The notes: generated by a model from the sequence alone, not told the origin. 62,350 nucleotides of DNA, filler included, from Dehalococcoidia bacterium (GCA_040882355.1; 8 parts of 8 records of this genome joined end to end with filler, not necessarily neighbours in it); one strand, 5' to 3'; numbered from the whole stretch's first letter, positions 41,728-51,630 are shown. Numbers and translations: made by a program.

Positions 41728-42936
41728 TTGCGGAAGCGACTCGTACTCGCCCTAACGATGCTCGGCCTCGCCGCGGCGCTGTTCGCCTGGCTTGCGCCGG
41801 GCGCCTCGCCTACCCGCGCGCAGTCCGTCGTGACACCGGCCTGCGATCCAGCGCACGAACACGCCGCGGGCGATTCGCACGAGACGATCGAGTCCGGCGG
41901 TATCACGCGACAGTACATCCTGTACGTGCCGCCATCGTACACGGGCGCCGAGGCCGTGCCTCTCGTCCTGCTGTTCCACGGCCTCGGCCAGGGCTACGAG
42001 AACATGTACGACTACACGGAGCTCTACCAGAAGGCTGACGAGGAAGGCTTCGTGATCGCGGCGCCACAGGGAACGGTCGGCTCGATCCTGGCGACGCTGC
42101 ACTGGAACTTCCTTATCTTCCTGCGGGACCTCGACCCGAACGAGCCGGACGACGTCGCGTTCATCGGGGATCTGCTCGACTCGCTGGAGACCGACCTGTG
42201 CATCGATCCCGCGCGCGTCTTCGCCACCGGCATCTCCAACGGAGCGGAGATCTCGACTCGTCTCGCCTGCGACCTTTCGGACCGCATCGCCGCCATCGCG
42301 GCGATCTCGGGCCTCTACTACCCGCCCTTCTCGCCGGATCTGCCAACAGAGCCGGGCTGCCTGGGCACGCGCGCGGTGCCGGTGCTTGCGACCCACGGCA
42401 CGGCGGACGATGTCATCCCGTACGAGGGAGGCCCGCTCGGCGTCGACATCCCGGTGAGCGTCCGAAACATCGAGACGGAGATCCTGCCTGAGTGGGCGGC
42501 GCACAACCGCTGCGCACCTACGCTGACGACCGAGGCCGTCACCGACAACGTCGATCTGCTCAGCTACGACGGCTGCGCGGATGGCGCAGTCGTGGAGCTG
42601 TACCGCATCGAAGGCGGCATGCATGTGTGGCCGGGAGCGCAAGAGCCGGACCAGCCGGACCCCGATGTGAACGACGAGGTCAGCGCCAACGATCTTCTCT
42701 GGCAGTTCTTCGAGGCGCATCCGCTAGTGCAGCAGGCGCCGCCAGCGCCGACGCCGAGCGCTACGCCTCAATCGACCGCCGAGGCAACGGCGACGGCACA
42801 GCCTGCGGCCCTACCGTCGGCAGGCGGCGGCGCGTCGCGCGGCACGAACGGCGTTGCTTCGCTCGCGGCGCTGCTGGCGGGAGCGGGTGCGCTGAGCGCG
42901 GCGGCGTGGTTCGTCAGGACGCGGACGCGCCCCTAA
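41728..42936 (+). CDS. Secreted LpqC/PHB-depolymerase-family esterase with a sortase-like C-terminal anchor
   Basis: Signal peptide; PLVLLFHG, DDVAFI, GISNG, HGTAD, HVWPG; LPSAG + TM + basic tail. Confidence 0.88.
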   Translation: MRKRLVLALTMLGLAAALFAWLAPGASPTRAQSVVTPACDPAHEHAAGDSHETIESGGITRQYILYVPPSYTGAEAVPLVLLFHGLGQGYENMYDYTELYQKADEEGFVIAAPQGTVGSILATLHWNFLIFLRDLDPNEPDDVAFIGDLLDSLETDLCIDPARVFATGISNGAEISTRLACDLSDRIAAIAAISGLYYPPFSPDLPTEPGCLGTRAVPVLATHGTADDVIPYEGGPLGVDIPVSVRNIETEILPEWAAHNRCAPTLTTEAVTDNVDLLSYDGCADGAVVELYRIEGGMHVWPGAQEPDQPDPDVNDEVSANDLLWQFFEAHPLVQQAPPAPTPSATPQSTAEATATAQPAALPSAGGGASRGTNGVASLAALLAGAGALSAAAWFVRTRTRP

Positions 42937-43573
42937 GCGCCCGCATCCGCTCGAAGGCGTCGGGCGGCTCACCACTGGTCACCCTGGCAGCGATCGCTTC
43001 CGCGGCCGCGCGCGGCGTCATCACCGACGTGTCGACCTCGACGTCGTAGAGCGCGCCGGCGTGCGCGGTCTCGTGGTGCGACCGCGCTTGCCCGAGGACG
43101 CGGTTGCTGCGGCTGCGTTCGCGCTCCTCGATGACGTCGATCGGGCAGCGGACGGCGACGAAGTAGACACGAACGCCCTCCAGCGCGTCGAGCAGGTCGT
43201 CCAGCCACTCCTCGTAGAGCAGCACGTGCTCGAAGATCACGTCGTTGCCCGCCAGCGCCAGCGCGGCGAGCGCGCGGTGCATGCCGCGTATCAGCCGCTG
43301 CCCGCGCTCGCCGAACTCGAGCGCGACCGGCTCGCCGTCGCGTTCCGGGAACACCCAGCGCAGCGGCGCTTCGTGCCCACCCGCGTTCTCGTTCGTGCGC
43401 TGGTCCCAGCTCATGCCGATGTGCCCATCCGGGCGGAGCATGGGCGTGAAGGAGTCGATGCCGGCGAAGAGGTGCGGCTCCGGGAGCAGCCGTTGCAGGT
43501 GCCAGGCGACCGAAGACTTGCCCGCGCTCGACGCGCCGTTGAGGAGGATGACATGGCCAGGCCAGTTCTGCAT
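42914..43573 (-). CDS. Chloramphenicol phosphotransferase-like P-loop kinase
   Basis: ILLNGASSAGKS, V.CP...ERE..R..R..G.A, YDVEVDTS. Confidence 0.85.
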   Translation of the reverse strand: MQNWPGHVILLNGASSAGKSSVAWHLQRLLPEPHLFAGIDSFTPMLRPDGHIGMSWDQRTNENAGGHEAPLRWVFPERDGEPVALEFGERGQRLIRGMHRALAALALAGNDVIFEHVLLYEEWLDDLLDALEGVRVYFVAVRCPIDVIEERERSRSNRVLGQARSHHETAHAGALYDVEVDTSVMTPRAAAEAIAARVTSGEPPDAFERMRALRGASAS

Positions 43574-43636
43574 TCCGATTGCTTGGAGGGCGGTTCGCGA
43601 ACCGCCCCTACCCCGCGAACCTCAAAACGGCGAGAC

Positions 43637-44566
43637 CTACACGCCCGCGTAGGTGTGGAGGCCGGGGATCCAGGGGACGAGGTTGACGACGAAGTAGGTG
43701 AAGAGCACGGCGGCGAAGCCGACGACGAGCACCCACGCGGCGCGGTTCCCTCGCCAGCCGCGCAGGTTGCGCGCGTGCAGGTAGCCCGCGTAGATCAGCC
43801 AGGTCACGAGCGCCGACGTCTCCTTCGCATCCCAGCCCCAGTAGCGACCCCAGGCCATGTTGCCCCAGTACGCCCCCAGCGCGATGCCGAGCGCGAGCAT
43901 CGGGAAGCCGACGAGCACGGACCGATTCGCGATCTCCTCGAGCACCGGGCCCGACGGTAGCCGGCTGAAGCGCGGCTGCTTGGCCTCGCCCTGCAGCAGG
44001 TAGACCACCGCCGCGCCGAACGAGACTGACAGCGCGGCGTACGAGAGCATCATCGTCGCGACGTGCGCGCCGAGGATGCGGTTCGCCTGAAGCGCAGGCA
44101 TCAGCGGGTACAGCTCCGACGGGAAGAAGGCGAGCGAGGCGGCGAACATGGTGAGCGCGATTGGCAGCACGAACACGCCGACGACGCGACCGTTAGACGA
44201 TGCGTCGCGCTGCTGGTGGAGGCGCCATTCGAACAGGCCGTACCAGAGGAGGATGCCCCAGCCAAAGCCGATCGTGAACTCCCACATGTTGGCATAAGGC
44301 GGACGGCCGGCGGCGACCCAGCGCGCGCCGAGCGACAGCGTCAGCGCGGCGACCGCGAGCCAGAGCGCCGCGCTAGCGGCGGGCCCGAGCCACGCCGGCG
44401 GCTGCGTGCCGGACGCGACGGTCATCGTCCCGCTAGGCTCGGTCGCTGCGGTGCGATAGACGACGCGCGGCCAGAGCGGCAGCGCGGCATAGCAGACCGT
44501 CGCGATCGCCGTGAAGACGAAGCCGACGAGGAAGGCGTTATAGGCGAGCTGTTCAGCGGACATCAC
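43637..44566 (-). CDS. ccsA: Cytochrome c biogenesis system II protein CcsA/CcsB (ResC-like)
   Basis: PPYANMWE, L.PALQ...L..HV, WWD motif GAYWG..AWGRYWGWDAKE, GLHTY. Confidence 0.92.
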   Translation of the reverse strand: MMSAEQLAYNAFLVGFVFTAIATVCYAALPLWPRVVYRTAATEPSGTMTVASGTQPPAWLGPAASAALWLAVAALTLSLGARWVAAGRPPYANMWEFTIGFGWGILLWYGLFEWRLHQQRDASSNGRVVGVFVLPIALTMFAASLAFFPSELYPLMPALQANRILGAHVATMMLSYAALSVSFGAAVVYLLQGEAKQPRFSRLPSGPVLEEIANRSVLVGFPMLALGIALGAYWGNMAWGRYWGWDAKETSALVTWLIYAGYLHARNLRGWRGNRAAWVLVVGFAAVLFTYFVVNLVPWIPGLHTYAGV

Positions 44567-45405
44567 TGGCTAGGCGTGGCAGCGGGTTGAGCCGGCGCCG
44601 CCTGCGCCTCCTTCTGCTCGGAGGTTTCCTGGCGCGGCGGGCGGCCGATGCGCACCCACTTGAACGATTCGGTGAGGCGGCCGTTGGCGCTCGACTTCAT
44701 CCGCTCCTGCCAGACGCGGCGCAACTCGTCCGGCCCGCGCTCGCCGAGCTGGCTGCGATGGCAGAGCACCGCTTCCAGCTTCGTTTCGGCGTGCGCGCTG
44801 ATGTCGACATGGTAGTCAGGCTCATCAGTACCGGCAAGCAGCAGGTTGTTCACTTGATGCGCCTCAAGGCCTTCGGCGGCGTGCTGGGGATAGTAGAGGT
44901 GGTCGCGCACCGACGGGTAGACGGCGTCACGCACGGCGATGCCGACGGCCCGGTGGTCGTTGTGGTTGAAGCCGGTGCGAAAGCCGTCCCACGTGAGCAC
45001 GACGTCGGGCCGGTACTGGCGAAGCAGACGGACGACTGTACCTCGTAGCTCGAAGTCGGGCGCGACGAAGCCGTCCGGGTAGCCGAGGAAGATGACCTCC
45101 TTCACGCCGAGGACGCGACAGGCGTCGCGCTGCTCCTGCTCGCGCATGGCGGCGAGGTCCTGCGACGTGAGCTCGGTCTCGTGCGTGCCCTTGTCGCCGC
45201 TCGTGGCGAGGACGTAGTAGACGGTCCAGCCCTGGGCGCACCACTTCGCGACCGTGCCGCCGCAGATGAACTCGGCATCGTCCGGGTGGGCGACGATCAC
45301 CATGCCGGTGAGCGGGCCGTCCTTGCCGAGCTTCTCTTCGGAAGGCGGCTCGGCCTTGCGGCCCCAGGGCCAGCCGAAGAGCGAACGCCGGCCGTTGCTG
45401 GCCAT
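44563..45405 (-). CDS. PIG-L family deacetylase
   Basis: AHPDDAE, TSGDKG, REQEQ..A, HNDH, H.SQ. Confidence 0.92.
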   Translation of the reverse strand: MASNGRRSLFGWPWGRKAEPPSEEKLGKDGPLTGMVIVAHPDDAEFICGGTVAKWCAQGWTVYYVLATSGDKGTHETELTSQDLAAMREQEQRDACRVLGVKEVIFLGYPDGFVAPDFELRGTVVRLLRQYRPDVVLTWDGFRTGFNHNDHRAVGIAVRDAVYPSVRDHLYYPQHAAEGLEAHQVNNLLLAGTDEPDYHVDISAHAETKLEAVLCHRSQLGERGPDELRRVWQERMKSSANGRLTESFKWVRIGRPPRQETSEQKEAQAAPAQPAATPSQ

Positions 45406-45407
45406 GG

Positions 45408-46658
45408 TCAGTTGCGGTAGGTGGCGACGCCCCGGGCGGGCGCGCCCTCGATCAGCTCGCCGTACAACGCCACCATCGCCTCAGCGACATTGCCCCAGCG
45501 ATAGCGTTCGACCTGCTCGCGCGCGGCCTGCCCGAACGCGCGGCGCAGCTCCTCGTTGTCCAGGAGCTGCTCGATGCGCTCAGCGAACGGCTCCGGGCAG
45601 CGCCAGGGGATGAGGTAGCCGGTCTCGGCGTCGCGCACCGTGCCGGCGAGCCCGCCGACCCGCGATGCCACGACCGGCGTGCCGCAGGCCATCGCCTCGA
45701 GCGCGACCAAGCCAAAGCTCTCGTAGAACGAGGGCACGACGCAGACGTCGGCGGCGCTGTAGAAGAGCGGCAGGCGCTCGTGGTCGACGGCGCCCAGGAA
45801 GTTCACCTGCTCAGCGATGCCCAGCTCCGAAGCGAGGAGGCGCAGGTGCGCCAGCTCACCTTCGCGGGCGGTGTTGTCGCCGCCGATGACGAGGACGAAG
45901 CAGTCGCTCTCGGCTTCGAGCTGGGCTGCGGCGCCGAGCAGGATGTCGACGCCCTTGAGCGGCTCGATCCGTCCGACGAAGAGCAGGATGCGGTCGTCGT
46001 CGCTAAGGTTGAGCTGGCGGCGCGCGTCCTGCTTCTCGATGGGATGGAACAGGTCGAGGTTGACGCCGCAGGGCACGACCGAGATCCGATCGGTCCGCGC
46101 GTCGTAGAGCTGGCCGAGCAACTGCTGCTCGTCGCGGCTCGCGACGACGACGCGCTCCGCCTGCTGCGCGATCATTCGCTCCGCGTCGATCCGCCCTTCG
46201 GGCTCGCGTTCGCTGATGCGCGAGCGGTTCTTTACCGCGCCGAGCGTGTGGAACATGGCGACGTGCGGCGCGCCCCAGCGCTCCTTGAGCCGCTCCGCGA
46301 CGACGCCGGAGAGCCAGTAGTGGCTGTGCAGCACGTCATAACGCAGGCCCTCTCGATCGGCGAAGGCGAAGACGCCCGCAACGAACTCGTCGAGGTGAGC
46401 CGCGAGCGCTTCCTTCTCCAGCAGCTCGGCCGGCCCGGCATCGATATGGACGGCCCGCGCTTCCGGGCCGATGAGCGCTGTCTCGGGCGCGGCGGGGTCG
46501 CTACGGCGGGTGAAGACATCGACGGCATGGCCGCGCTCGGCCAGCTCTCGCGCGAGTTCGCGCACGTAGACGTTCAGGCCGCCGGTATCGCGCCCGCCCA
46601 GGGACGCCAGCGGCGAGGTGTGGTAGCTGATCAGGGCGATACGATAGGTTACCATCAC
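45408..46658 (-). CDS. MshA-like GT4 glycosyltransferase
   Basis: SYHTSPL...GG.DTGGLNVYV, HSHYWLSG, FHTL...KN, VGRIEPLKG, ESFGLVALEAMACGTPV. Confidence 0.9.
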   Translation of the reverse strand: MMVTYRIALISYHTSPLASLGGRDTGGLNVYVRELARELAERGHAVDVFTRRSDPAAPETALIGPEARAVHIDAGPAELLEKEALAAHLDEFVAGVFAFADREGLRYDVLHSHYWLSGVVAERLKERWGAPHVAMFHTLGAVKNRSRISEREPEGRIDAERMIAQQAERVVVASRDEQQLLGQLYDARTDRISVVPCGVNLDLFHPIEKQDARRQLNLSDDDRILLFVGRIEPLKGVDILLGAAAQLEAESDCFVLVIGGDNTAREGELAHLRLLASELGIAEQVNFLGAVDHERLPLFYSAADVCVVPSFYESFGLVALEAMACGTPVVASRVGGLAGTVRDAETGYLIPWRCPEPFAERIEQLLDNEELRRAFGQAAREQVERYRWGNVAEAMVALYGELIEGAPARGVATYRN

Positions 46659-46681
46659 GTCAGCCCAAGGATAGCAGAACG

Positions 46682-47662
46682 CTAGCCTCGCCGTACGACC
46701 ACGCGGTAGATCGTGCGGTCCTTGCCGCCCAGGTCGTACTTATAAGGCTCGTGGCCCCGCAGGAAGTCGATGAGCTGGTAGCCGCGGTCGATCGCCTCGC
46801 GCATGCAGAGCGCCTTGGAGGCGAGGCCGACGGCGAGGGCTGAGTGCTCGGGGTCGTAGCCGCTGTTGTACATGTAGAGCCGGCCCTTGAGGTCGAAGCA
46901 GAGTACGGAGGCGACCGCCTGGCCGTCCATCTCGAGCTCGTAGAGGCGGAGCAGGCCCTCCCGCGACATCACCTGCGCCATGCGATGGAAGAAGCTGGCC
47001 ATCTGCTCCGAGAGGAAGTTCGCCTTGTCCTGGCGGCTCTCCACCATGAAGCGCAGCAGCAGCGGCAGATGGGTCTCGATGTCCTCCGGCGACGTGTAGA
47101 CGCGCAGCTCCAACTCGCCGGCGCTGTCCAGGCGGCGCAGCTTGCGCCGCAGCTCGTGCCGCGCCTTCTTGTCGAGCGAGGCGACGTACTCCTCCCAACC
47201 GGCCGGCAGCTCGACGCGGGGAGCGACCGCCTCGGTCTCCTGCTCGACGACGAGGCCGGCCGCCTGCGCTGCCGCCGCCAGATCGCTCAGCGTGGGCGAG
47301 TCCTCGCGCAGGCCACGCAGGTCGAGCTCCGACCACTGTTCCTGCGACAGCGCCTCGAACAGCGCCGGAAAGACATCGTGGCCCCGGATCGGGGCCACGA
47401 TGAAGTCCATGTAATCGCAGATCGAGTAATGTCCGACGAACGAGAGACACCCGTCGTCGCGCAGCAGCGATGCAACGCCAACCAGCTCGTCTCCGTCGCG
47501 CACGGCGAGCGTGAGCAGCTCGCGGCCGTCCTGGAAGTCGTCGAGCCAGACCCGCTGCCACGTCGGATGGGCGAACGGCACCGGCTCAGGCTGGCGGTCG
47601 AGCAAGGCGATCCACTCGTCGCGCAGGGCGCTCATCTCCTCCTTGCGAACGGTGAGCGCCAT
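46682..47662 (-). CDS. Tandem GNAT (CelD/BcsL, FemAB-like) acyltransferase
   Basis: PF..P.W...W, CDYMD, RHELRRKLRRL, YNSGYDP, DFLRG.EPYKY. Confidence 0.85.
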   Translation of the reverse strand: MALTVRKEEMSALRDEWIALLDRQPEPVPFAHPTWQRVWLDDFQDGRELLTLAVRDGDELVGVASLLRDDGCLSFVGHYSICDYMDFIVAPIRGHDVFPALFEALSQEQWSELDLRGLREDSPTLSDLAAAAQAAGLVVEQETEAVAPRVELPAGWEEYVASLDKKARHELRRKLRRLDSAGELELRVYTSPEDIETHLPLLLRFMVESRQDKANFLSEQMASFFHRMAQVMSREGLLRLYELEMDGQAVASVLCFDLKGRLYMYNSGYDPEHSALAVGLASKALCMREAIDRGYQLIDFLRGHEPYKYDLGGKDRTIYRVVVRRG

Positions 47663-47665
47663 GAG

Positions 47666-47968
47666 CTACTTGCCCCGCACCAGCGAGAGGAACTCGGCCC
47701 GGGTGGCGACGCGCTTGCGGAAATGGCCGCGGTTCGCGGAGGTGATGACGGAGCTGCCAGGCGTCTTCACGCCGCGCATGGTCATGCAGAGGTGCTCCGC
47801 CTCGATCACGACGGCGACGCCGTCGGGCTCCAGGCACTCCATGATGCACTCGGCCACCTGGCCGGTCAGTCGCTCCTGGAGCTGCGGACGCTTGGCATAC
47901 GCTTCGACGACGCGCGCGAGCTTGCTCAGCCCGACGACCCGCCCGTCCGGGATGTAGCCGACGTGCGC
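47666..47968 (-). CDS. folE: GTP cyclohydrolase I, 5'-truncated
   Basis: AHVGYIP...VVGLSKLAR...[18 protein letters not shown]. Confidence 0.95.
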   Translation of the reverse strand, partial: AHVGYIPDGRVVGLSKLARVVEAYAKRPQLQERLTGQVAECIMECLEPDGVAVVIEAEHLCMTMRGVKTPGSSVITSANRGHFRKRVATRAEFLSLVRGK

Positions 47969-48147
47969 NNNNNNNNNNNNNNNNNNNNNNNNNNNNNNNN
48001 NNNNNNNNNNNNTTAATTAATTAANNNNNNNNNNNNNNNNNNNNNNNNNNNNNNNNNNNNNNNNNNNNCCCCCCCCAGACTCACCCAAACACTACTGGGC
48101 GGGAGGGTGGGAACGAAGGCCGTAGGTTCGTAGGCTTCTTCAGCGCC

Positions 48148-48912
48148 CTACTCAGGGCTGCTGTTCTCCTGCAGGAACTGCAGGATGAGCGCCCGCAGCG
48201 CATCGCCGTGTTCGCTGAGAAGCAGGTTCGTGCCGTGGGCGTTGCCCGTGTAGGTCTCTGAGTCGACCGGCTGGCTGGCGGCGTCCAGCAAGTCCTGGAA
48301 CCCGATCGCCTCCTCATCGTCCACACTGGCAACGAAGAGCTTGGGCGCTGTGATGCTCGATACCGCGTCGACGGCGTCGAGGCCCTCGAACTCGGCGGGC
48401 GGCGAGATGGCGATCACACCATCGACGGGCTCCTCCGCGGCGGCGACGAGAGCGGCGGTGCCTCCCATACTTGCTCCGATCAGGAAGACCTCGTCAATGC
48501 CCTCCAGATTGCGCATGTATTCGATCGCCGTCAGAACGTCGTCGTCCAGCTTGTCGAAGTCCTGGTCGCCGCCTGTTTCGCCGTAGCCGCGAAAGTCGAA
48601 GGTGAAGGCGGCGTAGCCGTTGTCGGCCAGCTCCTGAGCGAAGTCGAACCAGACGCTCTGGTCGTTCGGGCGCATGTGGGTGAGGATCACGCCGGTGCGG
48701 TGCTGGGGCCCGAAGAGGTGGCCTCGCAGCGTCACGAAGCCGTCGCCATCCTCCACGGGAAGGCCGACGTTCTGTGTCTCCGGGCCTATCGTCACCGCCG
48801 GCTGTTGCGTAGGGATCGGAGAGCCGGCGCCGTCATCGCAGGCGCCGGCTGCGACCATCACGAGCGCCGCGGCAAGGAGCCCGGCGCATAGCCTGATCCG
48901 GGATGCCACCAT
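48148..48912 (-). CDS. Alpha/beta hydrolase lipoprotein
   Basis: Lipobox AAGAC, FDFRGYG, GASMG, AHGT. Confidence 0.85.
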   Translation of the reverse strand: MVASRIRLCAGLLAAALVMVAAGACDDGAGSPIPTQQPAVTIGPETQNVGLPVEDGDGFVTLRGHLFGPQHRTGVILTHMRPNDQSVWFDFAQELADNGYAAFTFDFRGYGETGGDQDFDKLDDDVLTAIEYMRNLEGIDEVFLIGASMGGTAALVAAAEEPVDGVIAISPPAEFEGLDAVDAVSSITAPKLFVASVDDEEAIGFQDLLDAASQPVDSETYTGNAHGTNLLLSEHGDALRALILQFLQENSSPE

Positions 48913-48962
48913 GACTACTCATGATCGCTAAGGGGCGGCTTCGGAGTCAAGGCGGGCCGGAG

Positions 48963-49496
48963 CTAGTCCTCGGTGCGGTCGCGCCCCTCGTCCTCGTCGT
49001 CGGCGGAGGTGGACGAGTCGCGGTCGCGGCGGAGGGCCCGCGGCAGAGGCGGCTGTGGCCGCCGACCCGAGATGTACTCAGAGAGGGGCCGCATCTCCAG
49101 GATGACGAACACGAGCGGAGTCGCGACGAGGGCCAGCAGGTAGAGCTCCAGGCCGATGACGACGCCGATAGCGGCGACCGCCCAGACTGTGGCCGCGGTG
49201 GTGATGCCGCGCACGGTGCCGCCCTCGCGGAAGATGATGCCGGCGCCCAGGAAGCCGATGCCCGTGACGATGTTGGAGACCACGCGGTCGACCCCCACCA
49301 CCTCGTTCACAGCGGTGAAGAGCGAGGCACCGACGGCGACGAGCGCCATGGTGCGCAGGCCCGCCACGTAGCTGCGCCGGTCGCGCTGCCAGCCGATCAC
49401 GCCGCCGCAGAACGCGGCGAGCAGCAGCTTGCCGACCAGCTCGGCCTGGTCCTGGATGTCCAAGGTCTCGTTCGCCTCCCCGATTGCCGCAAACAA
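48963..49496 (-). CDS. MgtC/SapB family protein
   Basis: AGLRT..LV..G, IVTGIGFLGAG.I, GITTAATVW. Confidence 0.92.
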   Translation of the reverse strand: MFAAIGEANETLDIQDQAELVGKLLLAAFCGGVIGWQRDRRSYVAGLRTMALVAVGASLFTAVNEVVGVDRVVSNIVTGIGFLGAGIIFREGGTVRGITTAATVWAVAAIGVVIGLELYLLALVATPLVFVILEMRPLSEYISGRRPQPPLPRALRRDRDSSTSADDEDEGRDRTED

Positions 49497-49499
49497 GAC

Positions 49500-49527
49500 G
49501 GCGGCCCCCCTTTTTAGGGGGGGCGCC
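49500..49527 (-). terminator. GC hairpin downstream of tRNA-Ala
   Basis: GCCCCCC-TTTTTA-GGGGGGGC inverted repeat. Confidence 0.4.
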
Positions 49528-49540
49528 TCACTTCAATCTC

Positions 49541-49616
49541 TGGTGGAGCTGGAGGGATTCGAACCCTCTACCTTCTGTCTGCCAGACAGACGCTCTCCCA
49601 ATTGAGCTACAGCCCC
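49541..49616 (-). tRNA. tRNA-Ala (GGC)
   Basis: Minus strand GGGGCTG...TCTGT-CTGGCAG-ACAGA...GGTTCGAATCC...CAGCTCCACCA; G3:U70 pair; 76 nt. Confidence 0.97.
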
Positions 49617-49827
49617 ATAACGCCTCATCGTAGCAAGGACGAAGCTGGCTGAGCAAACGCCGCGTTGGCGGAGCCGGTTGCGGGCAGGGAGAACCGAAGG
49701 ACGCGCAGCGCGACGCGCCAGCACTCACAAGATCGCTGCGACGCTCCCTGGCGCGTCGACGCGCGTACGTGCCGCGGTCTGATGCGCTGGACAGATATGC
49801 TATGATTGAACAGCAGGAACTTTTCTT

Positions 49828-50457
49828 ATGCAGGCCACCCGACAGCAGATCCTGGACCACCTCCGCCGCGGCGGCAGGGCCACGGTGAAAGAGCTGGGGA
49901 CGGATCTCGGTCTCACCTCAACCGGCATTCGGCAGCATCTGACGGTGCTGGAACGGGACGGCCTGGTGGAGGCGTACGAAGAGCGGGGCCACGTCGGACG
50001 TCCCGCTCTCGTCTACCGTCTGACGGAGCAGGGCGACGCTCTCTACCCGAAGCAATACGCGGAGTTGGCGAATATCCTCCTCGAAGAAGTGCGCAACGTC
50101 GCCGGGGCGCAGGCGCTCCAGACGCTGCTCAAGCGGGCCGCGGCCCGCTTTGCTGATCCGTATGCCGACCGGCTCGAAGGCCGGCCCCTGGCGGAACGGG
50201 TGGAAGAGACGTGCCAGATCATTCAGGAGCGCGGCTGTTTGGCGAGCGCCCATCGTGACGGCGACGACTGGCTCATCGAGCAGTACACTTGCCCCTTCCC
50301 GAACGTCGCCCGCATCAACAGCGGCGTCTGCGCGCTCGATGTCGAGTTCATCCGGCGCCTGGTCGGAGTGGACGCTCGTCTGAGCAAGTGCATGCTGCGC
50401 AACGATAGCTCGTGCACGTACCGCATCCACGCGGACCAGATCGCGGTCGAAGCCTAG
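49828..50457 (+). CDS. HTH transcriptional regulator, SufR-like, with a Cys-rich sensor domain
   Basis: TRQQIL..L...TV.EL...IRQHL..LE; GRP..VY.LT; TCPF...C...C...C. Confidence 0.8.
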   Translation: MQATRQQILDHLRRGGRATVKELGTDLGLTSTGIRQHLTVLERDGLVEAYEERGHVGRPALVYRLTEQGDALYPKQYAELANILLEEVRNVAGAQALQTLLKRAAARFADPYADRLEGRPLAERVEETCQIIQERGCLASAHRDGDDWLIEQYTCPFPNVARINSGVCALDVEFIRRLVGVDARLSKCMLRNDSSCTYRIHADQIAVEA

Positions 50458-50491
50458 CCGGACGACGCGTCCAGCGCGTAGCCGTCGTAAG

Positions 50492-50563
50492 CCCTCACCC
50501 CACGTCAGCACACGGTTCGGTCTGAGGTTGACCGCTCGCCCCTCTCCCAACTGGGAGAGGGGA
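50492..50563. repeat. CCCTCACCCC...CCCCTCTCCC-N-GGGAGAGGGG REP-like element
   Basis: Hairpin CCCCTCTCCCA-ac-TGGGAGAGGGG between convergent genes. Confidence 0.55.
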
Positions 50564-50628
50564 ACGCCAGTGATGGGGCGGTGTTTCCAAACCGACCCGC
50601 CGGCAACTCCTGCGCCATTGGTTGCGAA

Positions 50629-51522
50629 CTAGCCGGTCCACGCGTCCAGCGCGTAGCCCAACGCCCAGAGTAGCCCGAAGATCAGATGCAGCCCCGCCGT
50701 GCCCGCGAGCACGAGGTTGAGCGAACGCGGGTCTCGGCTGCGCCTCAGCGTCGCCAGCAGGCGCAGCGCCACCGGCAGCGAGCCGAGCGCGACCAGCGTC
50801 GTGAGCGGCGCGGCGCCAGATGCGGCGAGGGCGATCGCGATGGCATAGGCGCCCAGGACGAGCGCAGCGAGCTCGTAGTCGGCGGCGGGCCGGCCGAGGA
50901 TGGCGGCGATCGTCACCTTGCCCTGGCCGCGGTCGTTCTCGATGTCGCGCAGGTTGTTCGCGTGGAGGATCGCGGCGACGAGGAGGGCGACCGGGAGCGA
51001 GGCGAGGAACGCCTCCCACGTCCACGCCTCGATCTGGACGTAGGCGGCGCCCATGACGATCACGGGCCCCATGAAGACGAAGACCGTCGCCTCACCCAGC
51101 CCTCGATAGGCCAGCTTCAACGGCGGCGCGGTGTAGGCGTAGCCTGCGACGAGGCTGGCGACGCCCAACACGAGCACTGGCCAGCCCACGAGCGCCGTAA
51201 TCGCCAGGCCGAGCGCGCCGCCTAGCGCGAAGCAGGCGAGCCCGCCGCCCAGCACCGCCCGCGGCGAGAGCAGCTCCTGCTGAATGACACCGCTGGGGCC
51301 GAGCGAGATGGCGGTGTCGACGCCCTGGACGTGGTCGAAGTAGTCGTTGACCAGATTCGTAGCCGCCTGGAAGGCGAACGAGCCCGCGAGGGCCAGCACG
51401 AACAGCCCCGGCCGGAACGTCTCGTCGGCGACGGCGGCGGTGCCGACGAGGACGGGAACGAGCGCCGCCGTAAGCGAAACGGGCCGGACGGCGATAAACC
51501 AGATGCGGAGGTGTCGGGCCAT
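50629..51522 (-). CDS. menA: 1,4-dihydroxy-2-naphthoate prenyltransferase
   Basis: RP.SL.A...PV..G, N..NDYFD...GVD, YT.PP..L.Y.GLGE, NNLRDIEND. Confidence 0.9.
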   Translation of the reverse strand: MARHLRIWFIAVRPVSLTAALVPVLVGTAAVADETFRPGLFVLALAGSFAFQAATNLVNDYFDHVQGVDTAISLGPSGVIQQELLSPRAVLGGGLACFALGGALGLAITALVGWPVLVLGVASLVAGYAYTAPPLKLAYRGLGEATVFVFMGPVIVMGAAYVQIEAWTWEAFLASLPVALLVAAILHANNLRDIENDRGQGKVTIAAILGRPAADYELAALVLGAYAIAIALAASGAAPLTTLVALGSLPVALRLLATLRRSRDPRSLNLVLAGTAGLHLIFGLLWALGYALDAWTG

Positions 51523-51630
51523 CGAGCGCCATCGTAGGGGCGCATTCGAGCGCCGGTCAAGCGGCTTCCGCCCCTCGATCCGACAGTGCTATACTGGCCC
51601 AAGAGCGCGCATTTCTGCGAACAGATCTTC

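Noticed and set aside
42914..43573. Chloramphenicol resistance gene
   Set aside because: Only family-level similarity to CPT; the substrate cannot be inferred from sequence
48069..49540. Island integrated at tRNA-Ala
   Set aside because: No duplicated tRNA 3' end or integrase found before the contig end
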